A program made the position numbers and the translations under genes. Positions 14,240 through 27,732 of a stretch of DNA of 64,000 bases are shown here, piece after piece; positions within the stretch are counted from its first letter, which is position 1, and each line of letters starts with the position of its first letter. Source of the stretch: the human T2T-CHM13v2.0 reference genome, Homo sapiens; NCBI RefSeq assembly GCF_009914755.1, contig NC_060932.1, one strand, 5' to 3'. Under the pieces are notes generated by a model that ran no database searches, was not told where the DNA came from, and was given only the letters and a program-made list of their open reading frames with translations.

Positions 14240-15165
14240 CATGAGAACCCCAAAGAGCTTTGGTTTATGTTGGTTAGATCTATGGATAATTACTACATTT
14301 GAAATTAAATCTAAGAAGTATAAAAATACTTAGTTTATTTAATATCAACATAAATCCAGTACAAGTTAATATAAATAGCGTAACTTTTGTTTTTTAAAAC
14401 AAAAGTTGTTGACAATGAGTGAGATTCCTTCCTATTTTTATAAATCTCTTTAATGCCTGGTTTGAGAAAACAGCTAGATTCTCATAGCTACTTCTGCATT
14501 CAGTCTGTTACAATATGTTATTTCAGTTGAAGAACATGAAGAAAATCTGGTCTCATGTGGACATGTATTAAAAAGAGAGGAATTTTTGCATAGCCTTCTC
14601 AGATAATTTGATATTACATCAAAACTCTACAAGGGGTAGCTTCTTAAAGGTTAGTTTCAATGTGGAATCTGAAATTGTATGATTGAAATTTTTGTGCTTG
14701 AGTTCATTAAACTCTGTTGGTCTATCTTGCACTTTGAATGGATCTTTTCACCATTCATGGTTTTATAACATTGTTCATTGGTAGTTTGGAAAATATTGGT
14801 TTAATGAGTTACATAAATCTTTCAAATGCTGGCATATTTTATTTTTTTTAAATTTGTATTTGTTAATATTACCACCTATCTAATCAGAAAGCCTTTAAGT
14901 ATCAGAAAACTGTCAAATTCTTGGTGGTAGTTACAGGTTTTCCAAAATTCCTATTTTATTCGAATACTTATTTTATTTTATCATTGGCAACAAAACTGTC
15001 AATTGTTTTCTTGGAAGTAACAGGCTTATTTTGTTCATTTTTGAAATGTTTGCCAAATACTCAAGTCTGTATAACCGTAGTTTTTCAGTTGTTTTTTTCT
15101 CCCCTAGGTAAAACTGGTGGTCTTTGAAAAAAGCCTGCACCTCAGTTATACCTCAGTTATGCAAT
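14240..15165 (+). mobile_element. Charlie1a-like hAT transposon fragment
   Basis: gaaccccaaagagcttt...tttatg signature; shares several blocks with the copies at 38658 and 49670. Confidence 0.7.
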
Positions 15166-18100
15166 CTGCTTCTCCTCTACCTCGAATGGAATGGTTACTG
15201 ACATTTAACCACTATCTAGAAGGAATGTAGGAATGATGGCATAGAGAACACATCTCTGTATAGACGGGCTACTCAGAGCCATTTGGGGGAAGCAAGTACT
15301 CTGCTGGTTAAATGCAAAAAACCTAATATAGTTGACAATATGCCAGAAATTATGTAAATGAATGTTGTTTCCTTCAACATAGTGACCTTGGAGACAGGAC
15401 ACCACATTCAGTGATAACGCGAATGGTTAGAACGTTTTTAGAATGCCACCTTATTTGGAGTTGCTTCAAGTTATGACTTTAAGTTTACTCCATAGATTGT
15501 GTTTGGATGTACTGTTTTAAAGTTGTAAGGCCTCAAATGCTTGTTAAGTTTTCCCAATTATATCTAAATATAGTTGACTAGTCTGCGAAGACCCTGTTGC
15601 ATAGTGGAGAAATTGTGGACACATTTTTTAGCAATTTAGGATATTTATCACACAGGACCCAGCACCATGCAGAGCAAGCATAATTCTCAGAGTCAGACCT
15701 GGGTCCTCACCTCCGCTCTGCCACTGACTGGCTGGGTGGCCTTGAACAAAGCATTTGCCTTTTCACTATTTCTCTGTGAGGTTAAGTAGTTGGCTTAGGT
15801 CTCAAGTCTTTTAGCCCTCATGTTCAATGATTCAGAGATTCTAGAGGCATGACAGCAGGATTCCCTTCATTATCTGGGGAGGTAGTTCGTCGGGGGTTTG
15901 CTCCACAGCCTTCCTGTCCCTTTCAGCCAGCCTGTTTCTGGCCTAGGAAGACAGCAGACTTCGTGTGGTTGTGATTTTTTAAAGGCAGTGTTTAATTCTT
16001 ATTACAGCACAAGAGTTCAGAACTTGGGTAACAGCATTTGAGTATTGTAGATCATCAGCTCCTACAGAGATACCCTGTATGTTTGAGGTTAAACTGGGAG
16101 CAAGGAAAGTTGGGTGACTAGATTAAGGTTGGTGCAGGATAGCAGGGAGAACAACTGACATTTGCTGACTGCTGCATGCAAGGCATTTTGTTAAAAGCCA
16201 CTTGTGACAGTTGAATGAATCGCTTCCAAGTAGCCTTGTGAGGGAGGTGGTGGAGGTGATGGAATGCAAATTTTCATAGATGAGGAAGCTGAAGTTTAGA
16301 GAACTGCTTTAATTTGCCTGATGTAAAGAGAGTGTTTGAGCCAGATCTAGTTGGCTTTTTACAACTGGTTTCCCCCAAATTTCTCCTTTTTTCTGCATGC
16401 CTTCCCAGCCATTATATTCCATTTTTCATTTTTCTCTATGACTTAAGCTGTTCTAAAGTGTTGGAGAGATGTCACAATTGGACATCAATAATCTTTGAGA
16501 AGTGCTGATTTTATAAACTTTAACATTTATAAACTTAATTTTTAATAAAGGCCAATAAAAACTTAAAGAAGAGAAAATGCTGATGTTAAGTCATAGGCCT
16601 GTGTTGAAATAGATGGCCCAGGGCTATTAGATATATGAAATTGAGGGCAGATAAGCTTTGGGACAAGCAAGGACAGAATGTGCAAATCTGGCATTGAGGT
16701 GTTTACAATTTGCCTTTCCATATTGAGAACAGAAATTCAAATTTTGGTGGATTATTTGTTTAAAAGAACTGTTATCTTTTACTCCTTCAACAAGTGCATT
16801 CATGTACCTCCTTTATCCTAGTCACAGCGATAAGCCCTGGGGATAAAGAGGGGCGGGAACACCTAGCCCAGGGCCTCTCAGAGCCACAGGGCTCCCAGCT
16901 AGCAGCTTGAGTTCCTAAACTCTGGATTCCAGATGTGTGGAAATGCACTGATGGCAGGTTGTTAGGGATGGAGATGTCTTAAAGGAATGTTCGGTTATCT
17001 CTCCTGAAGGGTTTTAAAAATTGTGGAAGTCAAGATCAAGGATGAAGATGAAATTTCTTGTGGTTTCTTCATGAGAGATCTCTTCTATCTGTATAGTCCG
17101 GAATTCTGAGTAGTATCCCAAAGTGTACCATCAAGACAGATGATAGCAGAGAGTTGAATTTTTATATATATTTTATATTGCTAAGCATATTTTTTGTTAG
17201 GGATTTGAAGTAGTTAAGTCATCCTCACAGCATCCCTGGGAATGACAGTTGACATTAAGCTATTTTATTGTTGGAAAAGGAAATTATGGAGGTTACTTCT
17301 CACTCATATTTTTTCAGCAAGGAATTGGGAAATGGAAAGAATATATTAAGCATCTGCATTATAGGATGCCCTTGCAGTTACATTCTGAACCCTTGAATTG
17401 TTATTTTGATGGAAGGGTTACAGTTGTGTGGCAGAGAGCTTATATTGTTGGTGATTAGGGAGAGATTGTGTGCTGCCAGACCTGTTTAGGAGTAAAGGGT
17501 AGTGAGAGATTTCACTCTTCTGAGAAATTTGCTTCAGCTGACTCGCTTGTTTTAGGACCAACACACTCCAGGCTTATGGGACTGGATCTGGGAGGTACCT
17601 GAGCCGTTTTCCTGGAGGTGGTGCTGGCAGGCATCCCAGTGCCAACTTCACTTCCTTTAGGTGGGGAGCAGGGGGATTTCCTCCAATGAGAACAAGCAAA
17701 TGTGTTCTGAGAAGTGATGGTTTACAACAGTTGGCATCAGAAGTACACAAGTTTACTACCAAAACCAGGGAGGAGCAGTTACTTTCCGATTACTAATAGT
17801 TTCCTGGTAAATATCCCATAAAATGTAATTTTGCATTTAAAACTGAAACTTCACTGAATCATTTACATAACATATATGTATTCGATTTATTTATATAATT
17901 ATGTTTTATCACTTATCTGTGCTTCTTGAAATTTGGAATATTTTTCTTTCACCAGAAGTGTGGATTTCAGAAGAAGACAGCTATACTTAGCATATTTCCA
18001 ATTGTGAAGCTAGTAAAGTTAGCCTCTTAGAGTGAAGGGACTTTTGCCATTCTCTTCAGCTCCCTTTCCACTTCCCCATTCTGGAGATAAACCAAGAATC

Positions 18101-18820
18101 AGAGAGGTTAAGTAACTGGATCAAGGCCATGTAGCCTAGTTTAATATTTTGTGTATTTAAAATTTTCATAAAATATGAAAAAATGAAAAAGAATGCTTTC
18201 GAAATTAAGATAACAAAGTTTATTTTAACTTTTAGGTTTGGGGGTACAGGTTAAAACAGGAAATGTGTGATCGTCTGCACTGAGTGCTAATTATCTACAA
18301 AGTACTGCGTTAAGTGCATTATATCACACAATCTAATTTGGCCTGATGAATTAAAGGTAGGTGGTATCGTATGTATTTGACAAATGAGAAAAGAAATTTC
18401 TTTGTAGTGCAGGTTCAGTTATAGTTCAGAATCAGTCTCAGACCTTCAGTGGGCCCAGAGTGTTTTGTTGGTTCTTTTTTTAACACAAGCACCTCATGAC
18501 CACCACCCCCTGCATAACTCGTTGAGCCAGTTGTAGCCATCAGAGTGGAAGCACATCCACTGCTGATTTCCTTCAGCCATCTGCACCCACCTTCCTGTGT
18601 GTCCCAGGGGGTTCTGCCTCTCCTATCTCATCTCTTCAGAGAGATTTCCTTAATTTCCCTCTTTGTATCTTTGCCCCTTCTTACTTGTCTCTGTCCCTCT
18701 GTGCCTACTTCTATTAGTGTTTAATTGTATATTTTATGTAGCAAATGCTTACATAGTGCTTTCTAAGTGGCAGACGTTGTAAATGCTTTACAAATACTAA
18801 TGTACTTATGCTCCTAATAG

Positions 18821-19164
<344 letters not shown>

Positions 19165-19219
19165 CATAGTAACTACTCTTAACAGAGTTAATAACAGAGT
19201 TAGTCTTAAGAGAGTTAAT

Positions 19220-19855
19220 ATCCAACTTGTTGAATCTGATGGGCACTTGTCTTACCTTCCCTCTTTCTCTGTAGCATTTGAACTGGTTGGTTGGTCACTT
19301 CCTTCTTCTCTTGGTGTTTGCCCCTACCTTGTTGGCTGACTCCTCTGCCTGCCCTCTGAGTGTTGATATTCTTCAGGATTCTGTCCTTGCTCTTTTCTCT
19401 TGTCATTCTAAATATGCTTTTGGGTTGACCTCATCTGCTGCAACTTTGTCTTCCTTCTGTTTGTCAATGACTTAAACGGCCATATCTCAGCTCAGCATTC
19501 TCTCTTGAGCTCTCTACTTTCATATTGTACTGTCTCCTGGAGAGCTCTGTGTGAATTTTTTTCTACACCTCTCTTCCATACCAAATAAATAAATCCTGCT
19601 TCTCTTCTGTTCCCCACATTTCAGTGAGTGGTTTTTACCATCTGCTCAGTTACCCAAGCCACAGGCCTCGTTGTCATCCCAGACTCTCCATCCAGAAACA
19701 AGTCTCTCTCTTGAGTATGTCTGTCTCCTTCTTTGTAGCACCATTGTCTCTTACCTGAACTCCTGTGTGAGCTCTTGAACTGGTCTTCCAGGCTCCAGTC
19801 TTGTACCTTTCTCTTCCAGTCTGTGCTCCACAGTTTAGTAAAATGCACAACTCTC
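19220..19855 (+). mobile_element. L2 LINE fragment
   Basis: tctctgtagcatttga...cagttacccaagcc...gtcatcccagactctc L2-like blocks. Confidence 0.6.
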
Positions 19856-20271
19856 TTAAAAAGCGTAGCTTAAAAACTGTGGATTATTTGACTCTGTTGA
19901 TGGGAAATTTGCCAGGCCATGTTACCTTGGAGGGTCTACTCTGAAAGCTGGAACAGATCATTACACAAACAAGGAATTGTAAAGCTGAAAAGGTGTCATC
20001 AGTGTGCAGTTCTTTTGAATGGTATAGTATTAGCGGAGAGATGGAAGATGCTTTAATTCCCTACCCCAACCCAAAACCCACCCCTCACTTATGTGAATAA
20101 AGTCTTAAGGAGCCTATACAATCATTGACTCTTCCATGTTTTTGTGGCAGGAGGAAGGAGTGTTAGTGATATACTGAGATGTTAGGTAATGGCTAATTCC
20201 ACACCTATTTTAAGGCACCGTGTCTGGCATTGGGGGTACAAGTGAGAGACATAAAAGGCAAGGTCTTTCTT

Positions 20272-20345
20272 TCTTTTTTTTGAGACAGTCTCGCTCTGTC
20301 GCCCAGGCTGGAGAGCAATGGCGCGATCTCGGCTCACTGCAACGA
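20272..20345 (-). mobile_element. Severely 5'-truncated Alu (about 74 bp)
   Basis: Alu 3' end only, flanked by a perfect 14-bp TSD GCAAGGTCTTTCTT (20258-20271 and 20346-20359). Confidence 0.92.
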
Positions 20346-20550
20346 GCAAGGTCTTTCTTGATGTGCCCGCCTAGCTGGGGACACTGTGCACATTTATAGA
20401 GTTATAATGGGGACATTGAAATGGTTTATGATGAAAGAAATATTGAAATATAGTCTATATTTACAGGTTGACCTTTAAACAGGATATCATTTTTTCAAAG
20501 AAAAATATGAAGAAATGAAAAAGAATTCTTTCAAAATTAAGATAACAAAG

Positions 20551-20735
20551 TTTATTTATTTTAACTTGTAGGTTTGGGGGTACATGTGAAGGTTTGTTAC
20601 ATAGGTAAACTTATGTTATAGGGGTTTGTTGTACAGATTATTTCATCACCCAGGAATTAAGCCCAGTACCCAATAGTTATCTTTTCTGTTCCTCTCCCTC
20701 CTCCCACCCTCCACCCTCAAGTAGACCCCAGTGTC
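20551..20735 (-). mobile_element. Older primate L1 (L1PA/L1PB-type) 3' end
   Basis: ggggtacatgtgaaggtttgttacataggtaaac...gattatttcatcacccagg...cctcccaccctccaccctcaagtagacccc. Confidence 0.85.
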
Positions 20736-22207
20736 AATAACAGAAAAATTAGATTTATTCTACAAGTGTTATACATGATTCTGAAAGGTTAAAAGCTACT
20801 AAATAACCAGTTTGTATGTAGCCAATAAAAGTTATTTGGATATGGTGATCTAAGCAATTTTGAGTACAAAGTGGTATTTAAGAACTTTTGCCATAAGTTA
20901 TTTCACTGTCTTAGGATGGCAGGATTTTGGGGCTGAGGAAATTTGGCATTTGAATGTGTAGAGCTCCAGACAGGTGCCCAGCCAAAGCACAGAGTGCTTG
21001 TGACTGTGCTTTTGAAGTAGAAGAGTGAGATATGTGGTCTGTCAGAACATTTTTTGCCAAACCTTTATTTATATTCTTTAGGTTTGTTTAATAGGATAGT
21101 GATTTTTTCAAATGATTTCTGAGTAATTGGCATAAAGTAGGGAATTTGCTATGTTTAGAGATGCAGCAGATATGGGGGAGGAAACTTGAAAATGTGGGTA
21201 GGTATAGTATGATGCAAGTATTATCCCTGATGAAACCTAATTATTTAGATTTCCTTATCTGGATCATAATTTTATTATCAGCTGATTTATAGTAGTTAAA
21301 CTCATTAAGACCATATAGATGGGTGGGTGCAGCAGTCTTAGGCCTTAGTAAACACTGTATTTTGAAACTGAGTAGGTGCCTGGTTCTGTTTGTAATCTTT
21401 GATTAAACCAAGCACAAAATTCGAAGCTTCATAGGTAAACTTAAATTATTTTCATCATTCTCATTATGCAAAACAAATGTCATGTCTGGTAGTAGCTTGT
21501 CTTGTCACTGCACTTACTTTTTCTTATATTACAGTCTCTTTGCTAACTTGACATGTACTTATTGATCTGTGATCAAAATGGACACAATGTAGAAATTTAT
21601 GACTACTTAAAGTGTGATCTTTTTTCAAACTGAAATATGAAGTTTACTTACAAGTTAGATTGCTGTCCTAATATCAAGAGTCTTGTACACTCATATGTAT
21701 GAAGTACTTAAAATTAGAATTGGTTAGTCAAATGATTTTTAGGGAAAATATGTGAGCCAGAAGCATGTCATTACAGTCAATGCTCAATGATGTAGAATAG
21801 CATGGTGGTGCAAAAAAAGTAATAAAAGAATTTGTTACAAAATGCTTTGTATTGTAGTTTTAAAAAAAGCAAATGTAACTTGTAAGTTAATTACTGATAG
21901 TATTATAAAAGATGTTTCTTGAAGTTAGTTTTCCCCCAGTACATGACTCTCTGGAGGAAGGAAACCCAGATGACTGCTGGGGAATAAGGAGAGAGGCCAG
22001 TTTGGGGTTGAACCTTTGTTGAAGATGTAGGAAGATGTTAAGTTAAATATACAGAGTTTGTGGATAAAACTTTGTCTTTTATCATATGCTAATATGAATG
22101 AAGACATTTAATTTGGCTAAAAGATGGCATGTTTCGCTGTGTGATATTTATAGTTTTGATTATGGTGGCATTGTAGAACCTACTTGCATTAATGATAAAT
22201 GTAGGTA

Positions 22208-23285
22208 CAGTAGACCCCCTGCCCCACCCCAGTCCAAGTTTTTGCTTTCCAAGGTTTCAGTTTCAGTGGTTTCAGTTACCTGCGGTCAACTTTGGTATAG
22301 AAATATTAAATGGAGGCCGGGCGTGGTGGCTCACGCCTGTAATCCCAGTACTTTGGGAGGCCGAGGCGGGTGGATCACGAGGTCAGGAGATCAAGACCAT
22401 CCTGGCTAACATGGTGAAACCCTGTCTCTACTAAAAATACAAAAAATTAGCCGGTCATAGTGGCGGGCGCCTGTAATCCCAGCTACTTGGGAGGCTGAGG
22501 CAGGAGAATGGCGTGAACCCGGGAGGTGGAGCTTTCAGTTAGCTGAGATCGCGCCACTGCACTCCAGCCTGGGCGACAGAGCGAGACTCTGTCTCAAAAA
22601 AAAAAAAGGAAATATTAAATGGAAAATTCCAGAAATAACTCCTAAGTTTTTAATTGTGTACCCTTCTGAGTAGCATGATGAAGTATTGCATTGACCTGCA
22701 CTGTCCCATCCAGGACATAAATTATTCCTCTGTCCAGCATACCCACACTGTAGATGCTACCTGCCCATTCAGTCACTTTGTAGCCATCTTGTGGTTATCA
22801 GGTCAACTGTGGCAGTGTCAACGTGCTTGTGTTCCAGTCACCCTTATTTTACTTCAGAATGGCCCCAGAGTGCAAGAGTAGTGATGCTGGTGATTTGGAT
22901 ATGCCAAAGATAAGCAGGAAAATGCTTCCTTTAAATGAAAAGGTAAAAGCTCATAAAGAAAGAAAAAAGTTTGTGTATTGAGATATACATCTTATAAATA
23001 AATCATAAGTATTATTTATGGTAAGAATGAATCTTCTATCAGTTAAATTGTGGGGAAGGAAAAACAAATTTGTGCTAATTTTGCTGTTGTATCTCAAACT
23101 GCAAAAGTTACAGTCACAGTGCCTGATAAATGCTTAGTTAAGATGGAAAATACATTAAATTTGTGGGTGGAAGACATGGATAGAAATGTGTTCCAACTGA
23201 CGGCAATGGGGTTTGGTACTGTGCATGGTTTTGAGTGTCCACTAGAGGTCTTGGTACGTATCCCCAGGATGAAGGGGGACTACTG
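22208..23285 (+). mobile_element. MER44/Tigger7-family DNA transposon interrupted by AluY
   Basis: TIRs CAGTAGACCCCC...GGGGGACTACTG; ORF 23050-23322 resembles a Tigger transposase remnant (TAKVTVTVPDKCLVKMENTLNLWVEDM). Confidence 0.85.
22315..22607 (+). mobile_element. AluY inserted into MER44
   Basis: AluY diagnostics (gatcacgaggtcaggagatc, accatcctggctaac, aatggcgtgaaccc); 15-bp TSD GAAATATTAAATGGA at 22300-22314 and 22609-22623. Confidence 0.95.
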
Positions 23286-24692
23286 CATAGAAAAAATGTT
23301 TCCCAAATTTGTTATAAGTTGAAATGACTGTGAAATATTGGATATGCAACTGTTAACTCTGTATTTCAGCCTTAATTCCATCTCCTTTGTCAAATATAAC
23401 TTGATTTGAAACCAAAATTTAGTGTCATAGTCACTGAATAAGTTACATTTGTTTTCTTCATTTTTTTTCTTCCTGTAGGTTTACCTTTTTGAGATTGGGT
23501 GCAGTTTTCCAAAATACTTTTTCTAATACTCTTCCAAAGATCTCAACCTTCCTTTACAGTTTGAACTCCTGTTTGTATTGCTTGCTTCCCTAATGGAAAT
23601 CTGAATTTTTATAATTCCTGTGTATTTCTTTTTTGCATTGCCTTAACAGGCATGGGTCTTCGAAAGCCCTGGAGCTCCCTGTGTGGCCCCTGCCATTGGT
23701 ATGCTGTGATGCTTTGCCTGTCCTGTGCTCAGGTTTATTCATGATGGATAAGACTCCCTTCCTATCACATGTGCACTGTTCTAGCAAAGAGAATAGACAA
23801 ATTCTTTTCAGTTGTGATGTTGCCCAGGGTTTTGTTTTGTTTTTTTCCCTTTAAGGAAAAGAATGTCAGTGGTGTATATCAGAAAAGACTGTTTACACCC
23901 TTTCTATCCCTTGCCTTTCAAACCAGGCAGGATTCAGTACACTTTTAAACTCCCCCAGAATATGAAAAAAGATCCCTTTTCAGCTTTCCAGAAATTTTTT
24001 AAAATGTAGAAGAATGTAGGAAATTGCCAAATCAGTTAGTTAATCAGTGACAACTGCAGTCAGTACACGAAGAGCACGCTTCTTACAAGAGCAGCTAGCT
24101 GTTTGCTGCTTTCTCAGCCCCTCTGCATGCTTGCCCTTGCCTCACCTCTGCATCCTCCTCCAGAGGTTCAGTGTCAGCCTTATAGGAGCTGGTGATTGCC
24201 ACGGGGTCCCCAGACAGAGCATGGCCACAGGGCAGCTCCTTCCTTCCCTTCCTTCTGTTCCACCCTCACTTTTTGTAGGCTTGACATCACCTGGAGCTTC
24301 TGTGTGTCAAGTCAGTAGCTTGAAATAAGTCTAGAATAAGTGGGAAAATCTTTCCTAATGGTGATTTTTTTAAAATCAGGCTAATAAACATGGTGTTACT
24401 AGCCTTTATACACCACCCTGGGCTTTACAAAACCCAGGATATTTTATAATATTAAGCAAGATACATACTAGCAATCAGCAAATTTTGTAAAATATACATT
24501 ACTCTTCCATAAGTCTGCACTGTAAGCATTCTTGCCAGGTGGGTTGAAATACATTTCTGAAATTTAATTTTTTTCCTATCCAAAATAAATTACTTAAAAA
24601 GTTTTCATTTACTTATTTCTAGACCTGTCTCTTCATTTGATTTTCTTCTCTACCATATTACAATTAATTAGGATAACATTCAAAAGATATGA

Positions 24693-24990
24693 GACCTGGT
24701 GCAGTGGCTCATACCTGTAACCCCAGCACTTTAAGAGGCTGAGGCAGGAGGATTCCCTGAGCCTAGGAGTTCAAGACCAGTTTGGGCAACATAGTGAGAC
24801 TTTGTTTCCCAGGAAAAAAAAAAATTTAGCTGGGTGTGGTGGTACACAACTATAGTCCCAACTACTTGGGAGCCCGCACTGGGAGGATTACTTGAGCCCA
24901 GGAGTTGGGAGACTGCAGTGAGCTATGATTGTGCCACTGCACTCCAGCTTGGGTGACAGAGCGAGACCCTGTCTCTTAAAAAAAAAAAAA
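24693..24990 (+). mobile_element. AluJ element
   Basis: J-type Alu with poly(A); TSD AAAAGATATG on both sides. Confidence 0.92.
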
Positions 24991-25960
24991 GATATGGGAT
25001 AGATACACATATTTTATGTAGCTACATATGTGATCTACACCTAGGTATGGTATATATAGATACATGTTTGTCTTCATTTCTCTTTTGCCATACAATGTTG
25101 AGTACTTCAGGTGCTATTAGAATGTGTGCCCATCTGTTCCTAGGACATGTTGTGTACATGGAATGAAGACCCTGCTGGACATATTTTCTTAGTGTCTGCA
25201 CTGCGGCAGCAGGTCAGCTGTCTCCACGTTAGGGTCAAGGTGCTGGCCACCTTCTCAGTGGGCTTAGCCTTTAGGAGTTAGCTTCAGAGAGGTATTTGAA
25301 TTTTGAATTGCAGGGTGTAAAGGACACAAATTTTCATGATCCTTGTGCTTTTGTGGCATAATTTATGTATGGGGTAATATACTCCTTTTGACCACTTTGG
25401 AAAAAGCTAGTGCTGTGGGCATGCACTTAGTATAAGCTGTTAGCCAAGTGCTATTTCATTAGTTGCCTTGAAAGGAAACGTTAGCCTCAATACTGCATGA
25501 AGGAACAAAAGAACAGCTTTTTTTTTTTATCATAAAGGCTACTCAGAATATCCAGAGTCTTCAAAGTTATGTAGAAATAACTGAAAGATTTCTGCAAGAA
25601 ACCTGTGAAATAGTATGTTATGTAACATAGCATTAGATATTAATGTTAACTGCATTTTTTTGACTTGCACAAATGATTGGCAAACAGATGGGCATATCTT
25701 TAAAATTAAACCATCTTTAGATACCCACTCCTTGTAAACTGTTACAGATTAAATTTGTCACTAAGGGCTGTTCATAATTCTTTGAATGAAGTCAGTATTG
25801 TTTATTTGTCAGACACAAATGTCAAGACTACTTTCTTTAAGTGACATATCTTTGTATTGCTTTATAATATTCTTTGTAACATGTGCCATTTGTTGTTGAT
25901 CCATTATATTAACTGAGTGGTCAGTGTGCTATCCTGTAGGAGGAGCTCAGAGTCTGAGGG

Positions 25961-26120
25961 CAGGACTTCCCAAACTTTCACATGCACAGGAATCACTTGG
26001 GGCCTTTGTTAATAAAGGCAGATTCTGGTGCAGGAGGTCTGAGGTGAGCCTGAGAGTCTGCGTCTCTTACCAGCTCCCGGGGGTGCCAGGGGTCCTGTCT
26101 CTCAGGATTCCACTTCACAT
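25961..26120. mobile_element. MER5-like hAT element
   Basis: cttcccaaactttca...aatcacttgggg...gcagattctgg...ggtctgaggtgagcctgagagtctgc. Confidence 0.6.
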
Positions 26121-26199
26121 GGCAAGGCTCCAGTCGCCAGAAAGAGAGGGAGGTGAACACATAAGAATAGTAGCGTGCTTGGCACTTTTGTAGCTTCTG

Positions 26200-27010
26200 C
26201 CCATGTTGATGTGGTGGTACTGCTAGCGAGGGCTTTGAAATCAGCCTGAAGAGGGAGGGTTGAGGGTCAGGAAGCTTCCGAAGATGGGTGATAACAAAGG
26301 AACTGAGATGAAAAAGAGGCCAGCCTCTACAGTGAGGGGATAAGGAGGCCAGGGAAGAGACCATGGGTGTGAAGGCGAGGAAGGTATGAGATAGCTGATG
26401 GATGGTTGGTAAACTTTGAGTAGTTTGATATACCTAATGGGGGTGTTTGTGAGTGCTTCAGGGGATAGAGGGAAGGGAGTTAAGGGAGTTGAGAATGGAC
26501 AGGTCAATAAGGATTTGATTATTAGTGCCTTCAAGCATGCTGGAGCATTTGGACTGGAACCTGAAAGCTATGGGAGGTCCTTTAAGGATTTTAATCAGGG
26601 AGAGGTATGATGTAATCTGTGTTTTATAAGATCATTCAATCAGTAGTGTGAAAGCGTTGAGACCAGAATTAGGAGAACTGATTAGATTTCTAATTTTTTG
26701 TGGTTCACTAAACCATGAAGGTCTGATTACTTCAGAGCTAGTGTAAACAGGGAGGAGGAGTTAGACCCATAAATATCTGGGAGAGAGCATTAGCAGGTTG
26801 GGAAATGCACTGAATATGTGGGATGTACTGGGGCGTTTATTCAAACTGCAAGCTGCACGAGGACAGGGCCACATCTGCTTCGTTCAACACTGTATACACA
26901 GTGTCTGTTAACCTTGAATATTTTTTAAATGAATGATGACAGGAAGGATCTAGGCTTATTTCCCATTGTTTGGCTAGGTTGAAGAGGTGGATGGAGATGG
27001 TGTTACTGTC
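26200..27010 (-). mobile_element. Degenerate L2 fragments
   Basis: Purine-rich antisense L2-like blocks (aaggattttaatcaggg...tgtgttttataagatcattc). Confidence 0.5.
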
Positions 27011-27534
27011 ATAGCGAATGCTAACATAAGGCGTAGCGTTGCCCTATACGATGTCAGTGGTTTTCCTTATTAAAAATGTGTCTCTTCTGTTAATATCAGC
27101 AAAATGGGAGGTAACCTAGTAATATGAATGGAGGTTACCAGTACAATCCTTATTACTATTTATGGTTTTATTTTTAATATGATGCTTGGGGACAAACAGA
27201 CCTTAGAAGGACTTCACATACTTCTTTTTTTTCTAAATCTTTTTCTGAATTGTGTATAGTTGAGAATTATTCCTAACATACTGAAAATTATTTATGAAGA
27301 AATAAGAATATATGTTGGGAGATAATACAGAAAGGAGACATAGGTTGTAAGTATAGTTAACATAAAATATGATATATGGAAAAAATAACATATATTTCAT
27401 CCCAAAGGGTAGATATGGACCTTTAAAAGAATACTAATCTCTGAAAGAGGAGAAAATATTTTTTATGAAAGAGGATTGCTGCTATTTAATATGGTCTTTG
27501 TTTAAACATGTTACCTCTAAGAAGAAATACATAG

Positions 27535-27732
27535 GAGTGCTTTCCATGTAATTTTCTGCAGTGATGGAAATGTTCATTATAGGCACTGTCGAGTAGGTAG
27601 CCACCAACCACATGTGGCTTTTGAGCACTTGAATGTGGCTTGTGCGACTAAGGAACTGAATTTTAAGTTTTATTTAGTTTAAGTAGTTTAAATAGCAACA
27701 TGTGGCTGGTGGCTTCTGGATTACACAGCACC
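27535..27732. mobile_element. MER3-like hAT element
   Basis: ttctgcagtgatggaaatgttc...gtagccac...cacatgtggct...gaactgaattttaa; homologous to the copies at 47662 and 48937. Confidence 0.8.

Noticed and set aside
23050-23322. Transposase-like ORF as a domesticated gene
   Set aside because: Short internal remnant of a non-autonomous MER44/Tigger7 element with no ATG start or exon context.
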